Assembly: GCF_001194135.2 (NCBI RefSeq)
Contig: NC_068997.1
Coordinates: forward strand, 9,356,731 to 9,389,563
Length of the DNA stretch: 32,833 nucleotides
From: Octopus bimaculoides
Lineage: Eukaryota
Direction: 5' to 3'
The position numbers were made by a program, and so were the translations under genes. Of the stretch, positions 1 to 13,385 are shown piece after piece; position 1 is the stretch's first letter, and each line of letters begins with the position of its first letter. A model generated the notes under the pieces. It was not told the DNA's origin. It searched no databases and saw only the letters and a program-made list of their open reading frames with translations.

Positions 1-140
1 AGTGTGTGTTAAAACATATCCGAGGTTAAAGATCATGATGGACTCATAATATTTCTTTGTTGAAGATGATGCTTGATGAAAAGAAAACACTGTAGCTGAT
101 AGTGCTAATAGTAAGTCAATGCTAATATTGATGGAAACTG

Positions 141-200
141 TGATGATGATGATGATGATAATGGTGGTGGTGGTGGTGGTGGTGGTGGTGGCGGTGGTTG
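141..200 (+). repeat. Compound (GAT)n(GGT)n microsatellite
   Basis: Directly visible. Confidence 0.92.
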
Positions 201-1464
201 TAGAAGTTGGAAAATGGTAATGACAAACACTAGCAAAGAAAATAGCAACACAGTACGTTCGTTTCTGAAGATGTGGATTGATAGCTAATGATGATGCTAA
301 GGTAAAGGTAGTCAGTTGTTAGTAGTGGTGATAGTGGTAGCGGTGTTATGGTTGCTGCTGATGCTGAAGATGATGCCAACAACAATAATGAATGTAGAAT
401 ATCAAAACAAAAATTTGAGACAAGAAGTAGTAAAAAAAAAAAAAGGCAAAAAACAAAAAGAAAAAACAACAACAAAGAAAGCAACTAAGCATGCAGACGA
501 GAAGAGCTAATTGTAATTTCAAAGACAATGAAGAAATTATGCAGTTATTCCATTGCCCAAAGCTTTTATTGGAAGTTGAATTACAATGAATTATATTTCA
601 ACAACAATAGTTAGGGTGACAGGATATTGATCATAATAATGTTTGATATTAAATTCCACCAAGCCAAGGTGATCAAGATAACCCTGGCTAAAATATATTG
701 TGTGCTTATTATTAAATCACAATGTGTGTGTGTGCATGTGTATACATACATAAACACATACATATACATTTACATATGAGTATGTACTTATATGTACTTA
801 TATATGTATATATATGTAAATATGTGTAAATATGTGTATGCATCCACACACAAGGATGCGTTTTCATTAGTTTGTGTGTGTGTGTTTATCTTTCACCACT
901 GTATCTTACTGGAAGATATAGGCACTGATGAGGAAAAACCACAAAACTGATGTGGAAAGCAGAATTCTTTGAGAGACATTGAGTTGTAGACACTCCTTAG
1001 ATTCTTTTTCCTTGATTCTGTTTTGAGGTTGGGAGTGAATGGCCTGACGGAAGCCCTTAACCAATTGTTTATTAACTATAATATTGTTTTTTTTTATAGT
1101 AAACTTTTGTTTACTAACTATAATATTTTTTATATACCCAGGACTATTTCCCCATTTTTTTAAGGAGGGGTAGCCACAACAAGACACGCACCAGGTATTC
1201 TATTCATTTCCCAGCTTAAAGAGACAAGCCCTGTTCTATGCTCAAGTCAGGGCATAGAATGCAACCCCCAGTATCAGCAGCAGGGCTTGACAGCTGGTTT
1301 ACCCCCACTGCATTATGCTGGTTCCATATGCTTTTGAGAAATATCAAATTCACTCATCTGTACACAAACACTCTCCAATTAAATATATATACACACATAC
1401 AAATACCTACATAAATATACTTATATAGGTCATTTTCTGTATGTGTGTATGAACTCCAATACTT

Positions 1465-1497
<33 letters not shown>

Positions 1498-1542
1498 GGT
1501 AATTATCTGTGTATATATATATAAATATATAAACATCAATAC

Positions 1543-1543
<1 letters not shown>

Positions 1544-1590
<47 letters not shown>
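1544..1590 (+). repeat. (GT)n microsatellite
   Basis: Directly visible. Confidence 0.95.
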
Positions 1591-1594
<4 letters not shown>

Positions 1595-2160
1595 GTATTG
1601 TTGTTTGTCTCTTTGCCCTGAAACAATTCCAAAATTTTGAAATTTGGCATAGAAATTCAAATTCATTCTAGAATAATGCATGAGGGAAACAAGAACAGGT
1701 CAAGAGACCTCAACCTGTAGGACAATATCTGTATATTTCATTATAGCATGATCAACCACAAACGTACACACACACACGCACAAATGCCCTTTGAGGTTGA
1801 CAAACTGTCACCATGACAACAAGCACTGTCGATAGATGTCATTATAAATATACAGTCTTTTGATTTCTATGTTTCCGATGAATGCTTCATTACATATAAG
1901 ATTTTCTGTCTAATTCCATTTCTCAATGAACCGTTACCTATAAAAAAATTCCTGTAAGTGATTTAAGTTTAATATATAAAAAAAAAAAGGGTCAACACTA
2001 CACAAATATAAACATCAAAAATATTCTTTTGATTTCCATGTTTTGTACATCAAGATTTGTTAAGTACATTAGAGAGTGCTGCTGAAAAAAAAAATGTTTC
2101 CAAATTGAGAGTAAGTCTGTCTTAAACATTCTTCCAAATTTATTTCTATGAATTGCTTAA

Positions 2161-2380
2161 CCCTTTAGTATTCAAACCAGCTGTATTTGGCCTAAATATT
2201 CTACCTGTTTTATGTTCAACTCATTTGGGTCCAGCCCCTCACACCTATCCTAAAATGTCCTTCTAAAAATAAGCAATCATTATACAAAAGTCTCAAGGCT
2301 ATAAGAAAATGCATGGTTAATTCAAAACGATATGAATCAATAAACATTACATTTGATAGAATAATCTGAATGCTGAAGGG
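2161..2380. mobile_element. piggyBac-type MITE (non-autonomous, 220 bp)
   Basis: TTAA|CCCTTTAGTATTC ... GAATGCTGAAGGG|TTAA. TTAA target duplication (2157-2160, 2381-2384), CCC/GGG termini and imperfect TIRs are piggyBac hallmarks. A second copy lies at 11344-11562. Confidence 0.8.
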
Positions 2381-2527
2381 TTAATAAAAGAAACAGAAAG
2401 AGTACAGTAAAATTCCTGATGGAAATGGAATATCCAATGTTTTGGACTGAATCGTTCCTCAGAGTTAAGTTAAGAGGAAGAAGCTAAAAGAAAGACAGCA
2501 GAGTTTTACATCCTCTATATTTGAGAA

Positions 2528-2918
2528 GTGGAGGCGCAATGGCTCAGTGGTTAGAGCAGCGGACTCGCGGTCATAGGATCGCGGTTTCGATTCCCAGACC
2601 GGGCGTTGTGAGTGTTTATTGAGCGTAAACACCTAAAGCTCCACAAGGCTCTGGCAGGGGATGGTGGCGAATACGGTATTCTCTTTCTTCCACCACAACT
2701 TTCTCTCACTCTATCTTCCTGTTTCTGTTGTACCTGTAATTCAAAGGGTCAGCCTTGTCACACTGTGTCATGCTGAATATCCCCGAGAACTACGTTAAGG
2801 GTACACGTGTCTGTGGAGTGCTCAGCCACTTGCACGCTAATTTCACAAGCAGGCTGTTCCGTTGATCGGATCAACTGAAACCCTCGACGTCGTAAGCGAC
2901 GGAGTGCCAACAACAACA
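2528..2918 (+). mobile_element. Full-length tRNA-derived SINE (family A) with 11-bp TSD
   Basis: tRNA-like head with A box TGGCTCAGTGG and B-box-like GGTTTCGATTCC, and a (CAA)n tail. Flanked by ATATTTGAGAA at 2517-2527 and 2919-2929. Closely similar to 10793-11180. Confidence 0.9.
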
Positions 2919-3947
2919 ATATTTGAGAAACTGACTGGAACACAAGACAAATGCTTAATAACTTAACTTCTGACTTTCACCAAACTCAAAAAATTATTTG
3001 CCAATTCCATGCAGACTCTCTCTCTCTCTCTTTCTAGCATAATTACATGTCAGTGTCCCTCTCCGCATAACTTCATTTCCTCATAACTTTCTTAATTATG
3101 TAAATTTTTATAATGAAATTTTGGAGAGATACTTTTTCAGACATGGTTACTTCTTCTCTTCATAACTTTCTTAATAATGCAAATTTTTTTTAAAAACGTT
3201 TTTCAGAAAAAAACATTTTAAAAGGTAAAGATTAAGATTATGCTGATGAAGTTAAAAACAAAAATAGTTGTTTTTACATCATAGAAGCCTGAAAAGCATT
3301 CGACTTATCTGCATTAAAATGAAAAATATATGCACATATATTTCTATATAAAATAAACACAATAATTAAATCATTTTACAAAAATAAACTAAAAATTTCA
3401 ATCCAATTTGCACCAGGGTAATTCCAATAACTCTGGTTGCATAAATGGGCGTGTTAATAAAAACATTGCTAAAATAGTATCTACTAGAGCAGGGCATCAT
3501 ATATATAAATGTTATTAGATATGGAAGCAGTATTAGTTCAAAATAAAGTTCTGTACATCTCACTTGACATGGATATACTGTAGAAAGCCAGAAAACTGTG
3601 GTATTCATCACGAGAAAGCATTTTGTAGAGATGTTTAGAGTAGCAACACACACACACACACACGTTCATGTAAAACTGTTGTATTGTATCTTAATACATT
3701 TCATATCTCAAATCTTCTCTCCTATCATTACAATTATACAAAACCAGAGTTATTATATCACAACATGCACTATGTACCCAAACATGTATGTAATACTCGG
3801 TTTAAATGTCTTGTCTAAACAACAGGATTTATTTAAATTCAACGCAACTAAATCTTTCATTCTGCAGTTGAAGCCTCCTCATTCATTTATGCCCACAGTT
3901 GGTGGGGTTTCGAGAAATTGGAGGACAAGAAAAATCTTTGCAGGCAG

Positions 3948-4228
3948 TTGGTTATTTAATCAAGTGGAATATGAAATTTAAATTCTAATACATTTCTGCA
4001 TATTTACTTAACTTTATTGTAAATATTAAAATGATTTAATTGATGACTGGTTTCAAAGAGAAGAAAACTATTCTTTGCTGGTTCGTTAAGTTTTGCATTC
4101 TTAAGTAGATTATAACAATGAAAGTTGGAAGAACTATAAACCACACTTTATATTCGATTTCAATAAATCATCCTCATTATTACTTTAAAGGTTTAGATGG
4201 GAGGAATTACAGTGGAAATAGTTGATAA
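3948..4228 (+). repeat. 281-bp near-identical direct duplication (copy 1)
   Basis: Matches 11784-12063 with 3 substitutions and one 1-bp indel by hand comparison. Confidence 0.92.
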
Positions 4229-4604
4229 AATTTATGAGCAACTAATAAGCATGGATCTCATACACTTACTTTGATGCTGTTTTATCAATCAGTTTTTGTA
4301 AAAGGGAATATGATGTGACAAATCTTAAAATAATCTTATTGCATGCTGACGGAGTCAATTCTGTCATTTGAAACACAGGTAATAGAAGAACATTGATATA
4401 TCTTATTTCTCTTTGTAACTGAATCAAAACAATTCATTGTACATTCTTACTTAATCTTATTTAATTACTTATACTCTCCCTAACTACATGTAATATCTGC
4501 TTGAACTATTTTACTGGTCTTTGCCAATGCTTTGCAATCTTCTGACTGTTGCTTCAATACAATGGGACCCTATTATATGTAAACGTGGAATTGAATACAA
4601 CATT

Positions 4605-4960
4605 GCAAAAGCGAAAGCGAAACCGTCAATGGCACTTGTGCCGGATGGCACGTGTAAAGACATTCGAGCGAGATCATTGCCAGTGCTGCCAAACTGGCTC
4701 CTGTGCAGGTGGCACGTAAAATACACCATTTTGAGCGTGGCCGTTGCCAGTACCGCCTGACTGGCCTTCGTGCCGGTGGCACGTAAAAGCACCCACTACA
4801 CTCTCGGAGTGGTTGGCATTAGGAAGGGCATCCAGCTGTAGAAACTCTGCCAAATCAGATTGGAGCCTGGTGTAGCCATCTGGTTTCACCAGTCCTCAGT
4901 CAAATCGTCCAACCCATGCTAGCATGGAAAGCGGACGTTAAACGATGATGATGATGATGA
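4605..4960 (+). mobile_element. SINE-like retroposon family B (internal TGGCAC-rich repeats, (GAT)n tail)
   Basis: The 3' part (aagcacccactacactctcggagtggttggc...ggaaagcggacgttaaacgatgatg) is nearly identical to 14900-15065 and to the reverse complement of 31791-31987. The tail type suggests RTE-partnered retroposition (inference). Confidence 0.8.
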
Positions 4961-5213
4961 TTGTAACTACAGAATTTCATTTTGGTGTGTAAGACGACAT
5001 ACATGGTGTTGCTAATGTATTCAATAACCTGAAATACTAAAGAATCTTTGGGCTACACTCAAAATCCTTATATTTTGGGGGAGGAGGGAGGCAGTCAATT
5101 ACATCATCCCGCCGTGCTTAACTGGTTCTTGATTGATTGGCCCTGATAGGAGAAAAGACAAAACCAACCTTGGCAAAACTCAAAATGTAAAGAGCTGGAA
5201 GAAATTCAAAACA

Positions 5214-5263
<50 letters not shown>

Positions 5264-5548
5264 AATTTGGTGTTGTACCGTACAATGACTTTACAGAGTG
5301 GACTGGGTATTTTTACAGGGTGCTTTTATAGTAGGCGATGTTGTTTGTTTTTCGAGTCTTCGGTGGAAAACATAATTAGCCATGGAGAAATATCACCTTG
5401 CTTCGAAACAGGCGAGGGTTGGTGACTGGAAGGGCATCTGACTGTATAAAATCTGCCTCAACAAATACTGTCTGACTCATACCAGCATGGAAACGTGGAC
5501 ATTAAATGATACTAAACATACACATACATACTTATATAAGTATGTATG

Positions 5549-5592
<44 letters not shown>

Positions 5593-5593
<1 letters not shown>

Positions 5594-5815
5594 CGTTGCG
5601 TCCTGCCCGAAGCTCGTCGAAACGCCGGTGTTAAAACGTGGGTAGCTGATGAAGTAGAATGTTCTCTATGTGGCTCGTGTGTTCTCGTCTACGTTTGTTT
5701 GCAATGTCCTGTACCCAGATATGCACCTATACATACAGGTGGATGTCGGTATGCACATACCTGTACGTATATATGCATATACTCATTTACTTTTGTTTAT
5801 ATATATATATACATA
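5593..5815 (+). repeat. Dispersed ~220-bp repeat; inverted second copy at about 27845-28083
   Basis: gccggtgttaaaacg.gggtagctgatgaag...tgttctctatgtggct and tttgcaatgtcct.tacccagatatgcacctatacatacaggtggatgt.ggtatgcacatacctgtacg...catttact are shared on opposite strands. The ORF track shows the same peptides for both copies. Confidence 0.8.
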
Positions 5816-7224
5816 CACATGCATAGATGGGTACAAGACATCACCAACAGTGCAAATAACATGAAATACATAAACAATGAGAAAAAATGGAAGACAGGAC
5901 AAGTAAACACAGAGAAAGGACCCGTCATTAGTTGTTGGCTAACTACTCCTCATTTCAAGCATTCAGTGACATATAAATAACTGACAGTGAATGAAACCAA
6001 GAGTGTGTTGTGTTCCATTAATTAATAAGTTAAAAAGTGTATAGTGAATGCACAAACGAAAAATAGACTGAGAATGGCAAGTTAAAAAACATAGAGTAAG
6101 TGCACAGAAGAATGGAAAACAGACACAGAAGGTCCCCAATTCCTCATCAGTTAACGGCCAAAAAGCACAAAACTGCATCAGACCCACATATACATACATA
6201 TATATATATACACACACATATATATATATACATACACACACACATATATACATATATGAGTATGTATACGTATGTGTGGTTGTATGTATCTTTCTCTTGA
6301 CATCTTGTGATGGCTGTAAACAAGCATCACCATCATACAAGTGAGGTTGTTCATTTCCAGATTTCCATAAAAAAAAAACATGTCTGGCCAGGTGAGGGTT
6401 GGTGACAGGAAGGGCATCCAGCTGTAGAAAATTTGCCTCAACAAATTCTGTTTGAGCCATGCATGCATGGACAAGTAGACATAGAACAATGATGATAACA
6501 ATGATGATGATGATGATAACTCCAATCACAAATTCCGTCTTGTGCTTAAGAAAGCAATTGGCTTGTTTGTCTTTTTTGTTTTTGCTGGGGTTTTTTTTTT
6601 TACATGTTTCATCTTGACTTTACCATTCTCTTACCATAAATACAGCAGACAATGTCTCTGACAATTATGATACAGATGCTAATACTTCACGTTGTCTAGG
6701 AATTTCAATTTATTGAAAATTTTATTATTGATTCGATTTTTATCATTATATTAGTAACTTTCATTTCACACTTAACTGAATTATTAATAATTAGCGAAAA
6801 CTAAAAGAACATTTCTAATTTAAATTAAGTTGGGAGATTTTGTTTCATCTTCTGAATCAATCAAACATATATGTTCACATGTGTGTATGTGTGTATGTGT
6901 GTGCATGTATATATATATATATGTGTGTGTATTCACATACGTGTGTATGTATATATATATATATCTCAGCAGCATCAGATAAATATACATACACACAGAG
7001 CAAAGACATGGTTGAATGGCTAAGAAGTTCAACTAAATGGCATAAAGTCATCCACCAAGACATTCTAGCTATTGGCCCGTAGATGTGCTGTCACCTCTCT
7101 CTGCTTTTTGTAACTCTACTACAGTGACCTCTGCTCCTTGCAGCTGGCTTGTCTCATACCACCTTCACACCTACAAATGTCTGGGCCAACCATCCTTCCT
7201 CCCCGGGCCACTGACCATCATCAT

Positions 7225-7490
7225 CATCATCATCATCACCACCATCAACCCCTGGATATTACTGTCTAGCGTCCTAGGATCCATGGAGCTAGCTATCCAG
7301 TTTTCATGGCATATAAAAGTGATTGAGATCCCAGGGTACCATTCTGTCGCAGCTGAGTGAACTGGAACAACAAGAAATGAAGTGTTCGGCTCAAGAACAC
7401 AATATGCTGTCAGGTCCAGAAATTGAAATCACTACCTTACAGTCATGAGTACAATGTCCTAACTGCTAAGCCACATGGCTTTACTCACTG
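7225..7490 (-). mobile_element. Degenerate tRNA-derived SINE (family E); relatives at about 21330-21575 (-) and 22530-22745 (+)
   Basis: All share gaaatgaagtgtt..g.tcaagaa.a or its reverse complement ttcttgagc.a.acatttcatttc, plus a decayed tRNA-like head. Confidence 0.55.
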
Positions 7491-8562
7491 ACTTTGAAGG
7501 TCCACCAAAAGGCCAGACTACATCAAGCAGACAATAAAAAAAGGTAACAAAATAATGGAGTTACCAGTTTGATCTTATTGAGTGAGATCTTGGCTAACTG
7601 TCTTACACAAGTGCTGATTCAAGCTTTGTGAATGAAAAAACAGGGTAGACAAAAACTCTACATAAGCTTGTTTATTGAATTGTATCTATATGTCAAAGGT
7701 CTACACACTATGTGACACCAATTTTGTGGGTGGATTACATGACATTAAGGGTACATCTGTTTGGTGAAACATTTATCCACATTATAATTGTGTAATTCTA
7801 CTTTTTCAGAATAAACATCATCCTCATCATCATCCTTACTGTAACATTCATTTTTCCATGCTTGCATGGGTCAGACAGAAACATTGAAGCAGATTTTTCT
7901 ATGGGTGAGTTCCCATCATGTCACCAACCCAGATTCGTTTTTATGCAAGGTTATCATTTCCTCAGGTTGAGATATATATTATTACATCTGTTACATATGT
8001 TTCATTGTTTGGTAATTTAATTAATGATGTCACACAAAAAATACAACCCAACTTACAAGTGCGGAATACATAATGAAAACTGGACACCTCCCCAGGCAAA
8101 GACAAAATACGAAAGGAATTTAATGCAATTATAAATAAGAACCACAATGGAATGGTAAATTCGTTAAGCACTGAGCGTACCTATTCCCACTTATATATAT
8201 ATATAATGTAAACAAGCAGATGCTATAAATTTTGATGTAGTTCCTATTTCTTTTTTTCGCTTCCTTCCTTAAATTATTTTACTTTTCATTGATGATGAGT
8301 ACAACAGGTGTAAACTGAGACATTAGAGCCTCTCTAGTTCTTTTCATTCAGCCTATTTATATTCACTGTTCACATGCTTTCACTATTACCATATTGTTTT
8401 ATCTAATGGATAAAATCTCTCTATCTCTCTCTCTCTGCATATATATGCCTGCCTGCCGAACCAGCAGGGTGGTTTCATTTGAAAGCTACAAGAATGCAAA
8501 GAACTGCAATGTGACCAGAGGTGTATAACCACATCCAATAGTCTGGACAATACAGTGATAGT

Positions 8563-8596
<34 letters not shown>

Positions 8597-9169
8597 TATG
8601 TATGGCATTGGTTTGTCTGTGTTTTCCTGTAAAGATGCCAAATGTTTAATACACACCTGTTACAAACGTGTGTTGGTAACTAAAATGGATTATCTTTTGT
8701 AAAGGTTTTGTACAATTGCTCTTAGTCAACCGTACACATTGGTGAATCAGATGTATTAAAATCATGACTACATTCTAGTTTGACTTTTTTAAACCATATT
8801 TTCATTTGAATAGCTTGCAGTTTGCAACAGTAAAAGTCCCAAAATTTGTTACCAATATCTCTAGACCTTCATGGGTTCATCATCAGGATTAATGAACAAA
8901 GAAGGCAAAATAGAATATGATGAAAGCTTTAAAGGGAAGTTCAGTATTTGTAGTAAAATGAAAGCAAAACCATCGCAGTTATCACACACGCAGCACGTAT
9001 ATACACTGGAAGTAAAAAGCCAGTAAGCATACTTGTTTACACCTTAACATCATTATGACTCATGGAGTGTTTATAAGGCCACACACACACACTGATATAA
9101 TGTCCCTACACCACTGAGAAACGAATGCCAAAGGAATTACTGTGGATCATGACAAGGCTTTTGTGGCTC

Positions 9170-9198
9170 TATAGAGATAAACAGTAAGATAGAGAGAC

Positions 9199-9233
<35 letters not shown>

Positions 9234-9560
9234 AAGATAAGAGGAGAGACAGAAAGAGGCGCATGCATGTGTATATAACATAGAACAGTATAAAGTAAGA
9301 GATACTGCTATGAGAAAAGAATAACATAAAGGGGAGTAAATAAAAGTGGGAGAGGGAGAAAGAGAGAATGCATGACTGTAGAGTGGGAAGATATATAAGC
9401 AAAAGATAGGGCGGGGGAGGGGAGAGATAGAAGAGCTGGAGAAAGAGAAGAGATAGAAGGACCAAGAGGAAAGAGAGGAGGAAGAGACAGACAGACAGAA
9501 GAGACAGTGAAGGAAGGAGAGTGGAGAGATACCAGAAGAGTACAAAAAAGGGAGGTAATA
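9170..9560 (+). repeat. Purine-rich (GA/GATA/GACA) low-complexity tract
   Basis: Strong purine bias on the plus strand, with (GATA)n, (GA)n and (GACA)n runs. Confidence 0.9.
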
Positions 9561-10004
9561 GACTCTTATCTTCCATTTTGATTTAGCTAAAAAAAAATGT
9601 TTCCTTTTTTTTTATTCTCTTTTCATTTTTTAATGTAATCTATTTTAAGTAAACAAGCAATAAAGTTGTTTTGTTCAACTTTCTATAACTTGTTTTAAGT
9701 AAGCAATGCTGTTAGTGTTCTGTCCTGTATAGAAACTAGCAGTACTGGATATTAGCTAATTAAGGAATTTTTTCCTATTTTTTTTCTCTTTCTATCTTTA
9801 TATTTTTGTCCCTCCATATACAGAATATAAAAAAGAGAAGTTATGAGGTGTTTTAGGAGAAATTTTTTTTTACATTATAAAGTTAGCTGTCAACTTCTCC
9901 ATATTTTTTTTATACATATGCATAAATACACATAGATATGTATATATAAATATATACACACTCATTTGTGCATATGCACACACATGTGTCCATGTGTTGA
10001 TACA

Positions 10005-10006
<2 letters not shown>

Positions 10007-10097
<91 letters not shown>

Positions 10098-10140
10098 CTA
10101 TACATATATATATATACACACACACACATATATATATACA
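10007..10140. repeat. Long (TA)n microsatellite with (CA)n
   Basis: Directly visible; source of the YIYIY ORFs. Confidence 0.97.
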
Positions 10141-10792
10141 TTTTCATGACATCACATTATTTCTATGGTTCTTTATGTATTTTTTGATTTTTATTTAAGG
10201 TTCAACTGTTGTGCAAAATACCAGAGATACAATTATGTCAGAAAGGAACTGAAAGAATGAGTGTTAAACGGCCCCAGAAAGGCATCAGACAAATAAGTCT
10301 TTTTAAAAGAAATTTTGTTATCTTTCTGGCACCTAAGGTTTCCTTCTGGCAGAGATCAGTACATTATTTTTTTTCAGTTAGAGTTTAAAACACACAGCAC
10401 TATGAAGTATAAAGACAAGAATTCATTAAACTGATACTGACTGAAGTTGGGAAGTTTCCACACGTGTAAAACATTTTGGTTTCACAGGTTAACCATTTTC
10501 GAATGAAGAACCTACAGTAAAACATAACAAGATGCTGAATGGGACATACTCTTCAGATCTCATGTCCCCATATCAGTATGATGTTACTTCAGCAGTAATC
10601 AAGAAGACTTGGTGTAGAAAAGGAGGTGCGCAAGTCAGAGGTACCCTACATTTGAATAGGAATAAGGGACAGAATGGACCCATCTAGAAGACCTTCATTC
10701 ATAAGCCTACTCAATCAGCTACTGATGTAGGGGATACATAAGCAATCAGAACATTAATGGCAAACCTTCTATGTACTGGTTAGATTTTAGGA

Positions 10793-11180
10793 GGTGGCGC
10801 AATGGCCCAGTGGTTAGGGCAGCGGACTCGCGGTCATAGGATCGCGGTTTCGATTCCCAGACCGGGCGTTGTGAGTGTTTGTTGAACAAAAACACCTAAA
10901 TCTCCATGAGGCTCCGGCAGGGGATGGTGGCGAACCCTGCTGTACTCTTCCACCACAACTTTCTCTCACTCTTACTTCCTGTTTCTGTTGTGCCTGTAAT
11001 TCAAAGGGTCAGTCTTGTCATACTGTGTCACGCTGAATCTCCCCGAGAACTACGTTAAGGGTACACGTGTCTGTTGAGTGCTCAGCCACTTGCATGTTAA
11101 TTTCATGAGCAGGCTGTTCCGTTGATCGGATCAACTGGAACCCTCGTTGTCGTTAGCGACGGAGTGCCAACAACAACAAC
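10793..11180 (+). mobile_element. Full-length tRNA-derived SINE (family A) with 11-bp TSD
   Basis: Same head, body and (CAA)n tail as 2528-2918. Flanked by AGATTTTAGGA at 10782-10792 and 11181-11191. The different TSD shows an independent insertion. Confidence 0.9.
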
Positions 11181-11343
11181 AGATTTTAGGATCATATCCT
11201 AATACTTCATTCTTCATACAGTACTTTTTACTGTTGATTGCCTTGATTACTTAACTTCACAAAGATCAGTGAATCCTACACATACATGAAGATTTTATAG
11301 TTTTACAGACAAATTCTATGTATCCTCATTGATATAGTCCCAA

Positions 11344-11562
11344 CCCTTTAGCATTTAAACCAGTCATATTCAACCCATATACTATATGTTTTATGTTCAT
11401 ATCAACCAGGCCTGACCTTTCATACCTACCCTGCAACATCATCCTAAAAATATACAATCACATCATTGCGATCTTGAAGTTACAGGATAATGTATGATTG
11501 ATTCAAAACAATGTGAATAAGTCAGTATTATATTCGACAGAACAATCTGAATGCTTAAAGAG
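11344..11562. mobile_element. piggyBac-type MITE, diverged second copy
   Basis: CCCTTTAGCATT ... AATGCTTAAAGAG|TTAA, 219 bp and colinear with 2161-2380. The left TTAA has decayed to CCAA. Confidence 0.72.
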
Positions 11563-11783
11563 TTAAATGAATTATCAGGATTTATTTAACTACATCAACC
11601 AAATCTAAAATATCTATGTTCTGCCCATGTATTTTCACAAACAAAGCTGAATAGCCCCCTTTATCATTTTCATCTTCTGTCAGGGTTTCAAGAAATAGAC
11701 AGGAGAGAAAAATCACAAATAAGAGAGAGGGAGAAAAGGAGAGAGAGGAAGAGAAAAAGAGAGAGAGCATTACACAAAAGCAA

Positions 11784-12063
11784 TTGGTTATTTAATCAAG
11801 TGGAATATGAAATTTAAATTCTAATACATTTCTGCATATTTGCTTAACTTTATTGTAAATATTAAAATGATTTAATTGATGACTGGTTTCAAAGAGAAGA
11901 AACTATTCTTTGCTGGTTCGTTAAGTTTTGCATTCTTAAGTAGATTATAACAATGAAAGCTGGAAGAACTATAAACCACACTTTATATTCGATTTCAATA
12001 AATCATCCTCATTATTACTTTAAAGGTTTAGATAGGAGGAATTACAGTGGAAATAGTTGATAA
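11784..12063 (+). repeat. 280-bp near-identical direct duplication (copy 2)
   Basis: Matches 3948-4228. Confidence 0.92.
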
Positions 12064-12537
12064 GCATATTTGATATTATTTGACATAAATCTTAGGATGG
12101 TTGACAAAAAGACAACCAGTTTATGATGTTAAATCTTCAGAACTAGATTAGGTTGTGGTTCAGTGGAGAATAATTCTCTAACTCTTTTGTCTGTGTATAT
12201 AACATTTGCCTGGTTCAAACATTCGAGGTTTGTGCAGCAAAATAAATTGTAAAATTTATCCAAAGTAAAAGCAATACACTCGGATACCACCAAACAGTTT
12301 TCTGAGACACACTCAGGAGGCCAGAGGCAGGACATACTGTGCCTGTGTGTGGTGTGGGTGTGTTTTTACACACCCACACACACACATACACACAGAGTTG
12401 AATTAGGTACTTAAGTTGAAGCACCAAGTCAGAGTGGCTTATTTCAAACTGATAAAATGTTTTCATTGGTTGATTAAATAGAACTGCTTGAAACAGCTGT
12501 AATGCACTGATACATGGACATCCTTGTTATTCAATTG

Positions 12538-12538
<1 letters not shown>

Positions 12539-12593
<55 letters not shown>

Positions 12594-12809
12594 NNNNNNN
12601 NNNNNNNNNNNNNNNNNNNNNNNNNNNNNNNNNNNNNNNNNNNNNNNNNNNNNNNNNNNNNNNNNNNNNNNNNNNNNNNNNNNNNNNNNNNNNNNNNNNN
12701 NNNNNNNNNNNNNNNNNNNNNNNNNNNNNNNNNNNNNNNNNNNNNNNNNNNNNNNNNNNNNNNNNNNNNNNNNNNNNNNNNNNNNNNNNNNNNNNNNNNN
12801 NNNNNNNNN

Positions 12810-12860
<51 letters not shown>
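12539..12860. repeat. (TA)n microsatellite spanning assembly gap 12594-12809
   Basis: (TA)n on both sides of a 216-N gap. Confidence 0.95.
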
Positions 12861-12864
<4 letters not shown>

Positions 12865-13189
12865 CACACACACATGTGTGAGTAGTGTAATTTGCATGAA
12901 GCAATGTCTGATATAGATAAATGGGTCGTTTTTTTAAAACCAAAACAATGCAAGCTACAAGAAATAATATAAGTTGACAGCTTGTACAAGGTAAAAGTAC
13001 AGACTATTGACTTTTATTACTTCTTATAACTGATATTGTTTTGTCATTAAAAAAATTGAAAACGTGTTTGTGTGTGTCTGTATATCTCATATGTTACATA
13101 GTTTGTCCATGTCTAATCTTGATGATAAATGATGATACTTACACAGGTGTGTGTATATAAAGACATTATAAATATATATATATATATAT

Positions 13190-13351
13190 TATTTTACTTG
13201 CTTCAGTCATTTGACTGTGGTCATGCTGGAGCACCACCTTAAAGGGATTTTTTTAGTCAAAGATCTCGACCCCAGGACTTATTCTTTGTAAGCCTAGTAA
13301 TTATTATGGGGACATAAACACACCAGCATCAGTTGTCAAGTAATGGTGGTA

Positions 13352-13385
<34 letters not shown>

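Noticed and set aside
910-1062. Open minus-strand frame ending at a GTAAGA donor
   Set aside because: No polypyrimidine acceptor and no recognisable homology; likely chance.
2528-2605. tRNA gene-like sequence (also 10793-10870)
   Set aside because: The head continues into a 390-bp repeated body with a (CAA)n tail and TSDs, and no proper acceptor stem closes. It is a SINE, not a tRNA gene.
5593-5700. CTGATGA and CGAAAC motifs suggesting a Penelope-type hammerhead ribozyme
   Set aside because: The motifs are in swapped order (GAAAC at 5619, CTGATGA at 5646). For a type II fold, stems I and II do not pair properly, and the second copy lacks the GAAAC part. An Infernal or RNArobo search would settle it.
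2161-12063. Possible ~8-kb segmental duplication (MITE, SINE A and the 281-bp block each occur twice)
   Set aside because: Element order, TSDs and divergence levels differ between the two clusters, and the intervening DNA does not align.
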